A stretch of DNA of 64,000 nt. Origin: Schmidtea polychroa (lineage: Eukaryota). The first letter of the stretch is position 1, and each line of letters opens with the position of its first letter. The notes below the pieces were generated by a model. It was not told the DNA's origin and ran no database searches. It saw only the letters and a list, made by a program, of their open reading frames with translations. A program made the position numbers and the translations under genes. This document shows positions 25,515 to 38,979 of the stretch, piece by piece. The stretch lies in NCBI GenBank assembly GCA_044892525.1, contig CM097885.1, positions 235,044,001 through 235,108,000 on the forward strand, read 5' to 3'.

Positions 25515-26337
25515 TGTAATGTACTGTTATTTTTGTATGTACTTTGGTGTTCACAATTAGTAGTTGTGAATACCAAAATATAAACTGTCACCTTCTGGGA
25601 AACCCAGATTTTAAAAAAAAAAAAAATAATAAAAGAAATCGATTGGAAATTAAAAAAGCTATTCTAGACTTCAAATCTTAAGAATCGCAAAGGACGGTAA
25701 TTAACGAAGAGAATTAACTAAAAGAAGATAAAAGAATTCTTCAAAGAAAATAAACTAATCAAGTACTAGTTTCAGATACACGAGTAAACGAAAATCAAAT
25801 ATACAATCAAAGATACAAGTGTCGATCGTAAGAGAATTCTTCAAAGAAAACAAACTATTCCAGTACCAGTTTCAGATATACAAACAAACGGATATCAAAT
25901 ATACAATCGAAAATACAATTGTCTATCGTAAGAGAATTCTCCAAAGAAAATAAACCATTCAAGTGACAGTTTCAAATATACAAATAAACGATCTAGTAAT
26001 AGAATCCCCAGGCTTCTAAATACAACTCAAGAGTATAGTCGAGGACAACTTTCCTAATTACTAAGGAAATAACTAAGTCTACAGTCCTATAACCAGGATA
26101 ATTAAGGTCTTATATTTCTTTTTAATAAAGGTTGAATTAATAACTTGTTAGTTAATTTTATATTCTGGTTTTATTATTATTATTATTATTATTTTATTTG
26201 TGGTGACATAGCATACACCCCAATAGTCCCAACACAATTTTTTATCGGTGACTCTATCGGGCTCATCATATTTCTATACATAATAACATAACGAGTTCAT
26301 AACATCCACAAATATATTAGGAATATATAATATAACA
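25515..26337 (+). repeat. 5' LTR (~823 bp) containing about 2.5 copies of a ~101-bp tandem unit
   Basis: TGTAATG...ATAACA immediately before the PBS; AGAATTCTTCAAAGAAAA recurs near 25733, 25834 and 25934. Confidence 0.8.
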
Positions 26338-26339
26338 AT

Positions 26340-26351
26340 TGGTGTCAGAAG
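26340..26351 (+). other. Primer-binding site (tRNA-Leu type)
   Basis: TGGTGTCAGAAG, 2 nt after the LTR end. Confidence 0.75.
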
Positions 26352-26536
26352 CAAAGCAAACACAACACGACACTCGCATTCGACGTTTCTTTCAATCACT
26401 ACGCCTTTCAGCATACTTATTATAGAAGTATAAAGGATAGTGACTCTTTTGGCTGAACACAGTAAGCCATATCCTTGAACAATCTCATTTTTTTTATCAC
26501 AACAAGCAATAAAAAAACACATCAACAAACCAAGTA

Positions 26537-27710
26537 ATGGCATCAAATCAAACAAACCCAACAAATATTCCACAAACACCCAACAACTACGATAATACTC
26601 AAACACCAGAAAACACCAATTACTACTACAACCCAAACACCAACCCAGAAAACACACATACCATTAATTCAATAATCAACCCAAAAACAAATATCCCCAA
26701 CTATTTCACAGATGACAACGGAACACCGCAAAAATTGTTAGAATTCGCGAAACTAACGTTAACGCTATCGGGAGTCAAGTCAACAAAATCCTTATGCTCC
26801 AACATAATAGCGGCACTACCAAGCAACAAATTAAACGAAATCCGATCAAATCGATGAAATATCAAAAGACGACGACCCGTTTACAAAACTGTGTAACATA
26901 TTGACCAACAAAAACAAGATCAACAGAAGGCAAATGCTAGAGTCATGCCTCAACAATACACAGTTAGGGGACAACAAGCCCACAGATTTCCTACGACAAT
27001 TAAAACAAAAACTGGAGTATCTACAACCAAACATAACAAACTCCGGTTCCAACGAATTGGTCAAAGAATTCTTCATGCGCGCTATGCCACCGGAAATTAG
27101 ACGAATCCTAGCCGCTAGCAGTAACGCTGACGTCGAAACACTCGCTGACATAGCGGATAAAATAAACGAAGAAATCTACCCCACAATCTGCAGTACCCAA
27201 AACTACAACAGAAATAAAACTAATCACAACATCCAACCAACCAACAAAAACACAGAACCAAATGAAACAACAAACCGATTAATAAACACTTTGATCAGCA
27301 AATTCGACGAAATAATTGTCGAAAACAGACAAATAAAAGCGGAACTAGCCGAAATAAAAGAGAAATACAACAGGCAAAATTTCAATCCAAACGAAAACAG
27401 AGACCTATTCAACAGAAACAATTTTAACACAGACCAACTATCATACAATCATAACAGACAAAACTACGACCGACCACCCAACGAAAACAATAGACAGAAC
27501 TACAGCCACAGACAATCCCCAAACGGTCACTACAGAAACCGGTCAAACTCACCAAATCGATACAACAATTACCGAAATAGCAGCCCAGAAAGGAATTCAA
27601 GAAAGGATTTCCTAAACAAAAACCACTGCTACTTTCATAACAAATTTGGCGACAAAGCATATAAATGCATAAAACCCTGCGAATTCCACAAAACAGAGCA
27701 GGAAAACTAA
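26537..27710 (+). CDS. gag: Gag, broken by one frameshift near 26850
   Basis: LGDNKPTDFLRQL, ILA....LADIADKI and C-terminal CYFHNKFGDKAYKCIKPC motifs; split into ORFs 26537-26857 and 26901-27710. Confidence 0.85.
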
Positions 27711-30700
27711 AAATGTCACCATTGATAGCACCCACATTTGGTGACAACAATAATACTTTCACGGTGCATTCAAACAATACAGATTTTCTAATCGACACAG
27801 GTTCGGTGATCTCCCTATTACCACACTACTTATACAAAAATGCAAAAACTACAGAAAAATCACTAACCGCTGCCAATGGCTCCAAAATTAAAACATTTGG
27901 CCAACATACAATAACACTCACAATAAATTCAAAAAAATACAATTGGTCATTCACAATCGCAGAAGTACAACAGTCAATAATCGGGGCCGATTTCTTAGCA
28001 AATTACAACCTAATAGTGGACTGTCGAAACAAGAAAATAGTCGAAAACAACAAAACAGACAAAGAAACAGCCAGGAACACAACATCAAACTTTTCGAAAG
28101 TAGACATCGGCGTGATTCAAACAAGTACACCAACGATCAAAACAATTAAAACTATTGAACACCTACCAGAAATAGTCACACTACTGGCAAAATACGATAA
28201 ACTCTGCGAACCAGTAACTTTCGATGGAAATTCAAACCACACTACTGAACACGCAATACTGACAAACGGAAACCCAGTCCACTCAAAAGTAAGACCACTG
28301 GATCCCAAAAAAATAGAAATCACAAAAAATATATTTAACGAACTGTTGGAAAATAATATAGTAAAACATTCAAACTCAGAATGGTCTTCAGCACTGATGC
28401 TAAAACAAAAAGCTAACGGGGAATGGAGAGCTTGTGGCGATTACAGACTCCTGAACAAAATAACAGAGCCCGACAGCTATCCATTACCGATAATAAAAGA
28501 CATAATAAATCGACTAAACGGCGCAAAATATTTTTCAAAAATTGACCTACAAAAAGCATATCATCAGATCCCAATTAGAAAAGAGGACATTAAAAAGACA
28601 GCAATAACAACACCGATCGGCATGTTCGAATACAACCGAATGCCTTTCGGTCTACGAAACGCCGCAGCAACTTTCCAACGATTCATGGATCAAACAATGA
28701 AAAACAACAAAAACACAATCGCTTATCTGGACGACATCCTAATAAAAAGCCCAGACAAAGAAACACATCTAAAGGACGTGGAAAAAGTGTTCAAAACGCT
28801 GGACAATGCAAAACTAAAAATAAACACTCAAAAGTGTGAATTTATGAAAACGGAAATAAATTTCCTTGATCACACGCTAAACGACAAAGGAACACAACCA
28901 ATAGAAAACAAAATAAACAATATAAAAAATTACAAACTGCCGACAAACACAAGAGAGCTGAGGAGATTTCTAGGAATGGTAAACTTTTATCATTCTTACA
29001 TCCCAAATTGCAGCAACCTACTGGCACCACTAAACGATATTATCAAAACCAAACGAAACGTAACAATAAACTGGACACAACAAACAACCGACACATTCAA
29101 TAAAGCGAAAGAAAGCCTATCAATGGCAACTCTACTCGGTTACCCAGATCCAGAACTAGAGTATCAACTAACTACAGACTGTTCTGGTTTTGCAATGGGC
29201 GCAACAATTTTCCAGGAAAATAAATTCGGCAAACAACCACTGGGATTTTTCTCGAAAAAACTAAAATCACATCAAACAAGATACTCAACATTCGACAGAG
29301 AACTCCTAGCAATACACGAAGCAATCAAACACTTTCAACATTTACTCGAAGGACGAACCTTCAAGATATACACGGATCACAAACCGCTAACAAACGCAAT
29401 AGAAATGAAAAACCCTTCACCAAGGCAGATTAGACAAATCAATTTCATTTCACAATTCAACTGCACAATAAACTACGTAGCAGGAAAATCAAGCATAGCA
29501 GCAGACGCTCTATCCAGAATTGAAAGTGACATAAACGCCCTAGAATTCGAAGAGATAATCGAATTGGATCAAATTAAATCCAAACAAAACGAAACAATTA
29601 ACAAACTCCCTACTAAACACAGCCTGAAACTACAGGAACTCGACGGAATATGGCACGACGTCTCCAACGAAAGCAACAAACGAATCCTACTACCCGAAGA
29701 ATTCCGACAAGAATGCATAAAAAAGATACATGCTATTAATCATCCGGGAAACAAAACAACATTCGAGTTAATACACAACAGTTACATATGGCCTAACATG
29801 CGGAAAGATATCAAAAACTACGTCAAGAGTTGTCATAGCTGCCAACTAAACAAAACAACAAAAAAACTCAAAACACAAAAAGTAAACTTCCCAAGCAGCG
29901 AAATATTTGAAACAATACACACAGATGTGGTAGGACCATTACCACCAAACGACAACTACAAATACCTCCTAACAATTATAGACAGGAAATCCAACTGGTT
30001 CGAAGTAATCCCAATAAAAGAAATCAGGGCGAAAAATATCTGTGAAATGATCGAATTAAATTGGATAGCTCGTTATGGCCAACCGAAAACAATCATAACT
30101 GATCAAGGCAGACAATTCGAATCAGAGATGTTCAAAATATTGTGCAATAAATACAATATCAAAAGAAATCGAACAACAGCTTACAACCCACAATCAAATG
30201 GGAAAATTGAACGGTTTCACAGAACATTAAAAGAAAGCATCAGAACAAAAGCTAATGACCAAAACTGGTTAAATCAACTGCCAACAATATTAATCGGACT
30301 GAGAAATAGCCCAAACTCAACAGATAATGAAAGTCCAGCATACAAAGTTTTCGGAAAAGCAACAAACTTGCCATCACTTAAATCAGATACAAACAAAAAC
30401 ACCGAAAACAACAAACAAATAACAAACAAAAATAGCGAAACCACCGAACAGAAACCAAAAGGAATTTTAAAGAGAAGACCGGACTCCGAATTAGACGGAA
30501 AAATAGTATTAACAACAGAGTTCATCCTAATAAAAAAACCATTCACAAAAGGATTCGAATCTAAATACGAAGGTCCATTCAAACTCCTGGAAATCAACAA
30601 GAACGTCGCCACAATAATTAAAAATAACAACAAAATGAAAATAAACATCAGACGGATAAAACCATACCACAAGAATATAGACCCCCAAAACGGCTCACCG

Positions 30701-30850
30701 AAAGACAAAACACAAACCCAAACACAAACAAAAAAACAACCAATTCATAAAAACATCACATTCAACCACAAAAATTCAATCAAAATATTCGACAAAGACA
30801 CAATACTGACTCCACTATACAAAAAACGTTACAGCGAATGCTTTAAATAA
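27665..30850 (+). CDS. pol: Pol polyprotein (protease-RT-RNase H-integrase), -1 frame relative to gag
   Basis: LIDTGS; YLDD; TDCS/ELLA/TDH RNase H; HHCC zinc finger; HTD..TDQG..ERFHR integrase; GPF motif. Confidence 0.97.
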   Translation: MHKTLRIPQNRAGKLKMSPLIAPTFGDNNNTFTVHSNNTDFLIDTGSVISLLPHYLYKNAKTTEKSLTAANGSKIKTFGQHTITLTINSKKYNWSFTIAEVQQSIIGADFLANYNLIVDCRNKKIVENNKTDKETARNTTSNFSKVDIGVIQTSTPTIKTIKTIEHLPEIVTLLAKYDKLCEPVTFDGNSNHTTEHAILTNGNPVHSKVRPLDPKKIEITKNIFNELLENNIVKHSNSEWSSALMLKQKANGEWRACGDYRLLNKITEPDSYPLPIIKDIINRLNGAKYFSKIDLQKAYHQIPIRKEDIKKTAITTPIGMFEYNRMPFGLRNAAATFQRFMDQTMKNNKNTIAYLDDILIKSPDKETHLKDVEKVFKTLDNAKLKINTQKCEFMKTEINFLDHTLNDKGTQPIENKINNIKNYKLPTNTRELRRFLGMVNFYHSYIPNCSNLLAPLNDIIKTKRNVTINWTQQTTDTFNKAKESLSMATLLGYPDPELEYQLTTDCSGFAMGATIFQENKFGKQPLGFFSKKLKSHQTRYSTFDRELLAIHEAIKHFQHLLEGRTFKIYTDHKPLTNAIEMKNPSPRQIRQINFISQFNCTINYVAGKSSIAADALSRIESDINALEFEEIIELDQIKSKQNETINKLPTKHSLKLQELDGIWHDVSNESNKRILLPEEFRQECIKKIHAINHPGNKTTFELIHNSYIWPNMRKDIKNYVKSCHSCQLNKTTKKLKTQKVNFPSSEIFETIHTDVVGPLPPNDNYKYLLTIIDRKSNWFEVIPIKEIRAKNICEMIELNWIARYGQPKTIITDQGRQFESEMFKILCNKYNIKRNRTTAYNPQSNGKIERFHRTLKESIRTKANDQNWLNQLPTILIGLRNSPNSTDNESPAYKVFGKATNLPSLKSDTNKNTENNKQITNKNSETTEQKPKGILKRRPDSELDGKIVLTTEFILIKKPFTKGFESKYEGPFKLLEINKNVATIIKNNNKMKINIRRIKPYHKNIDPQNGSPKDKTQTQTQTKKQPIHKNITFNHKNSIKIFDKDTILTPLYKKRYSECFK

Positions 30851-31099
30851 AAACACAAACATACACAAACAAACACATGCACAAACAGCGTTAATTGTAC
30901 AGTTTTTATTTTCCTTGTAAATACAAAACAAAATGTAAATATTTAATGTTATTGAGGTTGTAGACATATAAAAAAACAGAAACAAAAACAAACAAATAAA
31001 AACATAAAAAATACAACACAAAAGAAAATAAAAAACGTTACGGTATGTTAAATTTTTTTTTTGTTTACATTTTATTGACTCATGTTAACCTCCGGTTTT

Positions 31100-31204
31100 A
31101 AAGGGGGAAGTTATGTAATGTACTGTTATTTTTGTATGTACTTTGGTGTTCACAATTAGTAGTTGTGAATACCAAAGTACATACAAAAATAACAGTACAT
31201 TACA
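31100..31204 (+). repeat. Polypurine tract (31100-31110) followed by a palindromic 91-bp 3' end (31114-31204) in place of a full 3' LTR
   Basis: The first 63 nt equal the start of the 5' LTR; the remainder is the reverse complement of the first 28 nt. Confidence 0.9.
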
Positions 31205-31559
31205 CTGGGTATGTGTTCTAACACACTTTGTTTCCTTCTTAACTTTGAGAGATCATTTTGATTGAAAAGAGTAATGTATCTTAAATTATCTTTTAGAATA
31301 TTTGTTTTTGAAATATTTAGTGTAAAATAGTAAATATAATAATTATTAATTCAATATTAATCAAAATTTATAATATGAATTTATCATAATTGCTCAGTCA
31401 AATACCATTTGTTATGTATAATATTGTTAATTTTATCTCTGTGTTATTAAAATTATCTTTCGATTTTACTCTGCTTACCATTTTAGAATAAGAATTTTTA
31501 TCAAATTTGTGATAATTTGACTGATTCAATTTGATGGAGTTATTATTAATTTTTTTTAT

Positions 31560-34500
31560 TATATATACTCTGAGTTTATCCCACAACATATTTTCTCCCT
31601 CTATGGGTACTGCTCGTAAGGGTATTGGTCGTAAGGGTACTGGTCGTAAAGGTACTGGTGTGTTTTAATGATTTTATTTAGGCAAATATTTGGTTATTAT
31701 TTGGCATTAAATTCATTGGTAATTTTCTAGAGTTAGCGGGATTTTACTAACATTTTTTGTGAATTTCATGTTAATTGAAAGAATATTTAAATATTTAAGG
31801 TTTAGTGTTAATTCTAAGATAAATTTAATTAATTTCTTGATAATTTGCTATATTTTATTGACTTGTTTTTCAAATTTTAAATAAAAATTAATTTTTAATG
31901 AGGTTAATAATCAAGTGATAGGATAAATTTTGATGATGATGACTTTGTAATGATATTGAATTTGACTAAATAATTTTTTCATATATTTTCTAAGAATATT
32001 TACACATTGATGAACTTTAAAATATTGAAAATATAAAGTTGAAAGCAGCTAATTTTATCATGATGATGATATATTTGAAATCTACTTGAAAATTAATGTA
32101 AAATATACTGAAATTTGTGATTTAGTTTAAAAGATATATCATTTTATAATGGCTATAATTAGCCGAATCGATGATCAATCAATATATTTCATCTCTAGTT
32201 AGGTATTTGATGGTGAATGTGGTGAAATATTTGTAGGAAATATTCATTTTAGAGAATTTTGATCTTTTAGTGAGCTCTTTGAATTTAGCTACTAAATTAT
32301 TTCAATGGAAGAATGTTTGTAACAATTAAATAAAATTCATATTTTGAAGAATTTTCTATGGATTTTAAGATATATTAAAGGGCTCAAAAGGGTGAAATTA
32401 TATTTGGTTGGATTTAGTGAAGGTTAAGATGGTAATATATACGATTTAAGGTGTTTAAAGGTGTAGAAATATTTGGTGAGGGATCGGTTAATGTTTTGAA
32501 TATTTATATATTCTTATTGGTGAAATAGTCAGCTATGAATAGTTCCTGTGAAATTATATTGTTTTAGAGGTTGTGATGAATGTTATTGCACAGTAATTTA
32601 TGTTTCAGAACCAGTTTTTATTAATTATCCACGGTTTTATTAATGGGTAATGATGAATTTACTTGGTTTTGACAATGAGATATTTGAAATCTTTAGAATT
32701 AATTGATATCAATAGTTATTGCTTTAAATTATTTTTATTTAAGAAGTTATTTTATTCATTTTGGGGATATCGTTGACAAAGCTTGAGAAATATTAACTTA
32801 AAAGAATTAGAAAACAACTAAAGAAAAGTGATCTTTGAAGGAAATTTATGATTTTAATTAGATTTCTAGAAATTAAATCGGTTGAATATCAGTTAATCTA
32901 TTGAAGGAATATTGTTATCGGGTGGACAAATCTTTCAATGATATTTTGCTAAATTACCTTATTATATTATTATTATTTTATATGACTAAATTAACCAATA
33001 TTCATAAATTGATCGCACAAAATATCCATGTTTTGGTTACTCAAACATCTTAAATTTCTCGCAAAGATATACTACGCCCAATGATCATCTCATTAAATTA
33101 GAAAATAATTGTTACTTTATAATATATATTTCTAACTAATAAGCCCTTTAATTGGTTAAATGATAACCATATTTCTATTATGACTCCTTTAATTATTTTT
33201 GCATCAAAAAAATTTACTCCAAATGATAAAGAATTTAAAATTATCAATGAATAATGACCATGTTTTTCTCATATTATTAACTATTGTAACGAACATTAGA
33301 AGAATAAATTACCTTTTGCTCTAAATGACTACAAAGTTAACCAATAAATTAGTCGCTCGAAATAAGAATTCGGTAAGTTACATTTAAAATATTCACGAAT
33401 TTCTGATCATCTCACTAAATTACCTAAGAATTTCTAACTGATTAATATACCCTTGCGACATGTTGAATGTGAGTAGTACCCTTGCTAGCAATACCCATAG
33501 GGGGACAGAATATCTTGCCGGATAAACTCGGAGTATATGGTCTTTATTGATATATCAAAATACTGTTATTTATAAATTAACTAAAAAATACTCAAAAATC
33601 CTATATTATTTTACTGAATGATACCGTAATATGTTTTTAATATATCTATTTCTAAATAAATCGACAGCTCAGACTAACAACATGTAGGGATGACCACCCA
33701 TTGTTAATTTATTTCCAGTGTCACATCTTTCAAGAATACCGTGAGTGTTTTAACAAAGCTGAGCTAAAAGAAACTTTCCAGATAACAACTCACCTGAATG
33801 TTTTGAACAAAAATGAGCAAAATTGAGAACAGGCTGATAACTGGACAAACGATTAGATGGCGATTAACTTCTGGCCACAACCCTAAATATATAACATGAA
33901 AATTAAGATTTTAATTATTGAATTCGTTGTTTTCTGCCTGGAAATATTTACAGAATATGTTTTAATTCAAAGAATCTTCATTATAAATTTTTGAATTTAA
34001 AAAATTAAATGAAGGATATTATAAATTTACAATAATATTATAATATTATATAAAATTATACTATATAATAATGTTAATGTTTAAATATGCTTAAATAACT
34101 AAATTGTTTAAATATTTTTAAATAACTAAATTTAAATTATTTAAATAAACTTTTCATATAACTTTATTTCTTTCGTTTTAGTATCCATAAAGTAAGTAAA
34201 TAAAGAATTTACTACAATATTTTAATTATTTTACTTAGTAATGAAGAAAATGAATTATATGATTATGAAGAAGATGAACCAGACAAAATGGTGGAACTTT
34301 AAATGACTTATGTTCTGGATTTCGAGATTTCTTATTAAAACATGAATTATTGGATTATGAGGAAGATGAACCAGACAAAAAATGGTGAAACACTAAAGGA
34401 GTTATAGTTCCGGATTTTTTAAATGAATTAGCTGATTGTGGGTGTCCTTCAACATGAATGTTTACTTATCAGACTTAAATTATGTAAACTTTCTTTCAAC

Positions 34501-35823
34501 GAATGTCAAGAAAAGTGGGAAAAACCGATGTTTTAGCAATTAAGTAAAGTACTCGTCATACCTGAAGAATATTATTATTAATGTAAGACATGAATTAATT
34601 CTTTAAAAATATATATATTATATTTAGGTGTCTGTGTTTTATGGTGGGAATTGATAAGAAATGATATTGATAAAGTATACCACAAATAACAGTTGCCTAA
34701 TTTATCAAGCCTGTGACGATAAAATGTTAGATAATGTAAATTAATTGCTTTTAAATCAATACAAATTTTAGCAATGAGAGTTGACGCAGCATCAGATACT
34801 AAGAAATACTTCCAATTTGCAAGATGTATTCCATGAAATCACTATCAAATGGCCCGATGGAGATAATAATTTTGAGATAGATTAACAGCAGAAGAGCGAG
34901 AAACCCTTTGTAAATTAAATATAACAGGGTTGGGTGGGACCTCTTTATCCCTTAATTAATATATATTTACAAGCTGATCGTCGTGGTGGGCGGTTGTAAT
35001 CCAATTAGAGGGAGGCCTCTGTAAATATATATTGTTGTTAGTGAAAACATTAATTAATTTGGTTATAGTGCCAATGACGCATGTATTTTGTAATGTATTT
35101 TTATACGTTTCGAATGTGCTGGTAGTTGACTACCCATGCTAGGCGTAATGTTCCGTACAAAGAACTATAATGCTCAGGTTCTTCTGACCCCACTTGGGGG
35201 AGGCACAGACGACCCTTGTGGACGCGAACAAATATCCACCGTGTCTTTCAGGCACAGATATTTGGTCACAGCTCATTAGGCCTGGCAATACTAAATGCAT
35301 AAACTTTGCCTTATCCTCTCTTGTCTTGATTTTTATTGTTTAAATATTATTAAAAATATTATGTGTGATTAGTTTTATTTACTAACCTTAATTAACCATA
35401 ATATGCTTTAATCTCGAAAACCCTTGCGACATATTGAGTGTGAGTAGTACCCTTGTGACCATTACCCATATGAGCAATATCCATAGGGGGACAGAATATT
35501 TTGTCGGATAAACTCTGACTATATACACCCATGTTAAACATGGTATGTGTATATAGAATGTGTGTATAAAATTATCGCTCCTTATTGACAATTTCATGTA
35601 AAGGCAAACACAGAATACTGCAAACATATAATAATTCTCTACTCCATAACTTAGTGTGTAAAAATTATTTTAGGTTTTTGACTAATTATAATAATAATAA
35701 TAAAGTTTAATGGGTTGTATATATGTGTAGAAAATATTTTAGGTTTTCACTAATATTGATAATAATAATTGTTAATGGGTTGTGTGTGTGTAAAAATATT
35801 TTATGTTTTTGACTAATATTTGC

Positions 35824-35887
<64 letters not shown>

Positions 35888-36000
35888 TGAAATTGTGTGT
35901 GAAAATAATTTGCGACATGTTGATTGTGAGCAGTACCTTTGTGACCAATACCCATAGGGAGACAGAATATTTTTTCAGATAAACTCGGAGTATATATAAT
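31560..36000. repeat. Degraded Polinton subterminal relics
   Basis: The TIR motif TACCCATAGGGGGACAGAATA..GGATAAACTC.GAGTATATA recurs near 31570-31610 (minus), 33490, 35480 and 35950. 31680-32030 is an inverted copy of ~43440-43950. Confidence 0.6.
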
Positions 36001-36521
36001 AATAATCATAATAATAATATTAATAATAATAATGTTGATTAAAACTTTGAAAATAATTCTTTGAAAATAATACTTTGAACAATATTTGATGAAAAAGTTC
36101 CTGAAATAATCATGAAAATGTTGAAAATCGTGAAAATCGTGAAAATATTGAAAATGTAGAAAATTATGAAAATATTGATAATTATTAAAAAATGCAAATG
36201 ATGAAAATGTTGAAAATCATGAAATTGACGTAGAAATTAAGTTTTATGAATATGTAAGTAAATAATAATAATGAAACTTCTAAAAAAAAATAATAATTAG
36301 AACTTTGCAAATAATACTAATAATTCTTTGAAAATAACTTTGAAAATATTAATAATAAGATGAAAAACTTTCAAAATAACTGTAAAAATAATAATTTAAA
36401 ATAATAATAATAGTAAAGAAATATTGAAAAATATTGAAAATTATTAAAATATTCATGCAAATGATGAAAATTTTAAAAATCATGAAATTGATGTAGAAAT
36501 TAAGTTTTATGAATAATTGCA

Positions 36522-36600
<79 letters not shown>

Positions 36601-36632
36601 TGATGATGATTGCTTGGTAGCAGCATTTATTA

Positions 36633-36801
36633 TTTAAAACAATAAAATGATAATTTGAGCCTTTTGCTGCAAATAATGTATTTAATGAAAGAATTTTCGA
36701 CTATACGATAGTCCTTGTCAATCTATCGTATAGTCGAAAATTCTTTCATTAAATACATTATTTGCAGCAAAAGGCTTAAATTATCATTTTATTGTTTTAA
36801 A
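36633..36801. repeat. Inverted repeat, 79-bp arms with 11-nt loop, derived from a Penelope 3' end
   Basis: 36633-36711 pairs with 36723-36801 (1 mismatch); the left arm equals 38887-38965. Confidence 0.9.
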
Positions 36802-36802
36802 A

Positions 36803-36860
<58 letters not shown>

Positions 36861-37039
36861 TTGATTAAAACTTTGAAAATAATAATAATAATTTTGAAAA
36901 TGACATCTTCCACGTGGGCGTTAATATCTTTCCAAATAATAATGATAAATTAAATTAGTATCGATAATTAAAACATCGAAAATGTTACTAAAAATAGATT
37001 CCAAATGTTACTAAAAATAGATGTTTTTGTTACTTAAAA

Positions 37040-38219
37040 ATAGAATGACCTTGATGAGTCATCGAATGAGTCATCGATCTAAAATAATGATGAGTCACTG
37101 TCATCATTCTAAAAATATGATGAGTCATCGTATGAGTCATCGTTCTAAAAATATGATGAGTCATCGAATGAGTCACCGTTCTAAAATTATGACGAGTCAT
37201 CGTCTTTAAATATTATGAGTCATCGTTCTTTAAATATGATGAGTCACCGTATGAGTCATCGTTCTAAAAATTGAATGAGTCACAGTATGAGTCATCGTTC
37301 TAAAAATATGATGATTCATAGGATGATAAGAATCTATAACTCATCTTAAAGGTCTGGCACTGAGCTTTAAGATGAGCTATCCATCAATAAAATCCGTTGG
37401 CAAGAACATTAATTTTTGGAATGAAAAAAAGTATGGGCCCTCTGGATCAATTAATAATATTTTGAAAAATAATAATAATTTAACTTTGAAAAGAAGGTGG
37501 TCACAAATTGTTAATAACATTATAACTATTAAAGATATATAGGATACCTATAGCACATCTTAAAGGTCTTGCATTGGGCTTTAAGATGAGGCATCGATCA
37601 GAAAAATCTGTTGGCGGGAAAATTAATTTTTGGGATGAAAAAAAGTGTGATCCCTCTCGACCAATTAATAATATTTTGGAAAAAAATATGAGTCATCGTT
37701 CTAAAAGTATGATGAGTCATAGGGTGAGTCGTCGTTCTAAAAATGTGATGAGTCATCGTATGATAGGAATCTATAACTCATCTTAAAGGTCTTGCACTGA
37801 GCTTTAAGATGAGCTATCCATCAATATAATCTGTTGGCGGGAACATTAATTTTTGGGATGAAAAAAAGTATGAGCCCTCTAGATCACTTAATAATAATAA
37901 TTTAACTTTGAAAAGATGGTGGTCATCAATTGTTAATAACATTAAAACTATTAAAGATATATAAAATACCTATAGCACATCTTAAAGGTCTTGCATTGGG
38001 CTTTAAGATGAGGTATCCATCAATAAAATCTGTTGGCGGGAACATTAATTTTTGGGATGAAAAAATAGTATGAGCCCTCTGGATCAATTAATTAAAAAAA
38101 ATGACCTTGACCTTGACCTTGACCTTTTATTTTTAAATTTTTTTTTCGCCAGGGGGGAGGGGGAGGGGGTATATGTGATGCGGGGAGCTCCTGGTCTGGG
38201 GAGCCCCAATCCACCTACT
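37040..38219 (+). mobile_element. TIR relic of a second Polinton family, ending ...CCAATCCACCTACT
   Basis: ATGAGTCAT arrays; about 4 copies of a block shared with 17014-17075 (most containing GTTGGCGGGAA); TGACCT repeats, G-tract and terminus. Confidence 0.8.
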
Positions 38220-38543
38220 GAAATACGATAGGCAAAATTTTATATATTTTCCTATTTATGTTGCATGTGCTACAAGCAGCACCCAAGTATTTCCCAGTAA
38301 AATGATCGTGATCTCTAACAGGATCGACGATACATTTCATGCAAAGGTAACACAGAGATGCACTATCAAATTGACGTTGTTCAATATTTGTTAATTTCAC
38401 AATAGTTTTCCTACCCATTTTATAATAAAAAGGAAAAACTTCATTTAATGCTATATCCTCTATAGCACTTAAAAAACTATCGACGCAATCTAAACCTATA
38501 AACTGTTGATAAGATTTAAATCCGTCAAAGTCATTAACAAGTA
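38220..38543 (-). pseudogene. pPolB fragment; part of a ~600-bp direct duplication (~37940-38543 = ~40395-40990)
   Basis: CYLCMKC..VRDHDHFTGKYLGAACSTCN; near-identical to 40668-40990. Confidence 0.9.
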
Positions 38544-38714
38544 GTTTATAATTAATATTAATTTAGTGGAATTTTATTTTGGCAATGAAATTATTCCTAT
38601 CAAATCAATGAGATTTTGTTTTAATTTGTCAATTATTTGTTTTTATTATCAAATTTCTATTAATTACTTGAAAAGTACAACAAATAAATAAACGCCATTA
38701 CCCGTTAATTGTTA

Positions 38715-38843
<129 letters not shown>

Positions 38844-38850
38844 TTTATTA

Positions 38851-38888
<38 letters not shown>

Positions 38889-38940
38889 TAAAACAATAAA
38901 ATGATAATTTAAGCCTTTTGCTGCAAATAATGTATTTAAT

Positions 38941-38979
38941 GAAAGAATTTTCGACTATACGATAGTCCTTGTCAATCTC
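38941..38979 (-). ncRNA. Minimal hammerhead ribozyme with a U3-A8 variant core
   Basis: Minus strand reads gaga-TTGACAA-g-GACTAT cgt ATAGTC-GAAA-at-TC-tttc; a second copy lies at ~36687-36724. Confidence 0.7.

Larger units (their letters stand above)
25515..31204 (+). mobile_element. Ty3/Gypsy LTR retrotransposon with 5-bp TSD CTGGG
   Basis: TG..CA ends; CTGGG at 25510-25514 and 31205-31209; PBS, gag, pol and PPT in order. Confidence 0.95.

Noticed and set aside
34240..34910. Exon-like acidic fragments with GT..AG boundaries
   Set aside because: Too many stops to reconstruct or identify.
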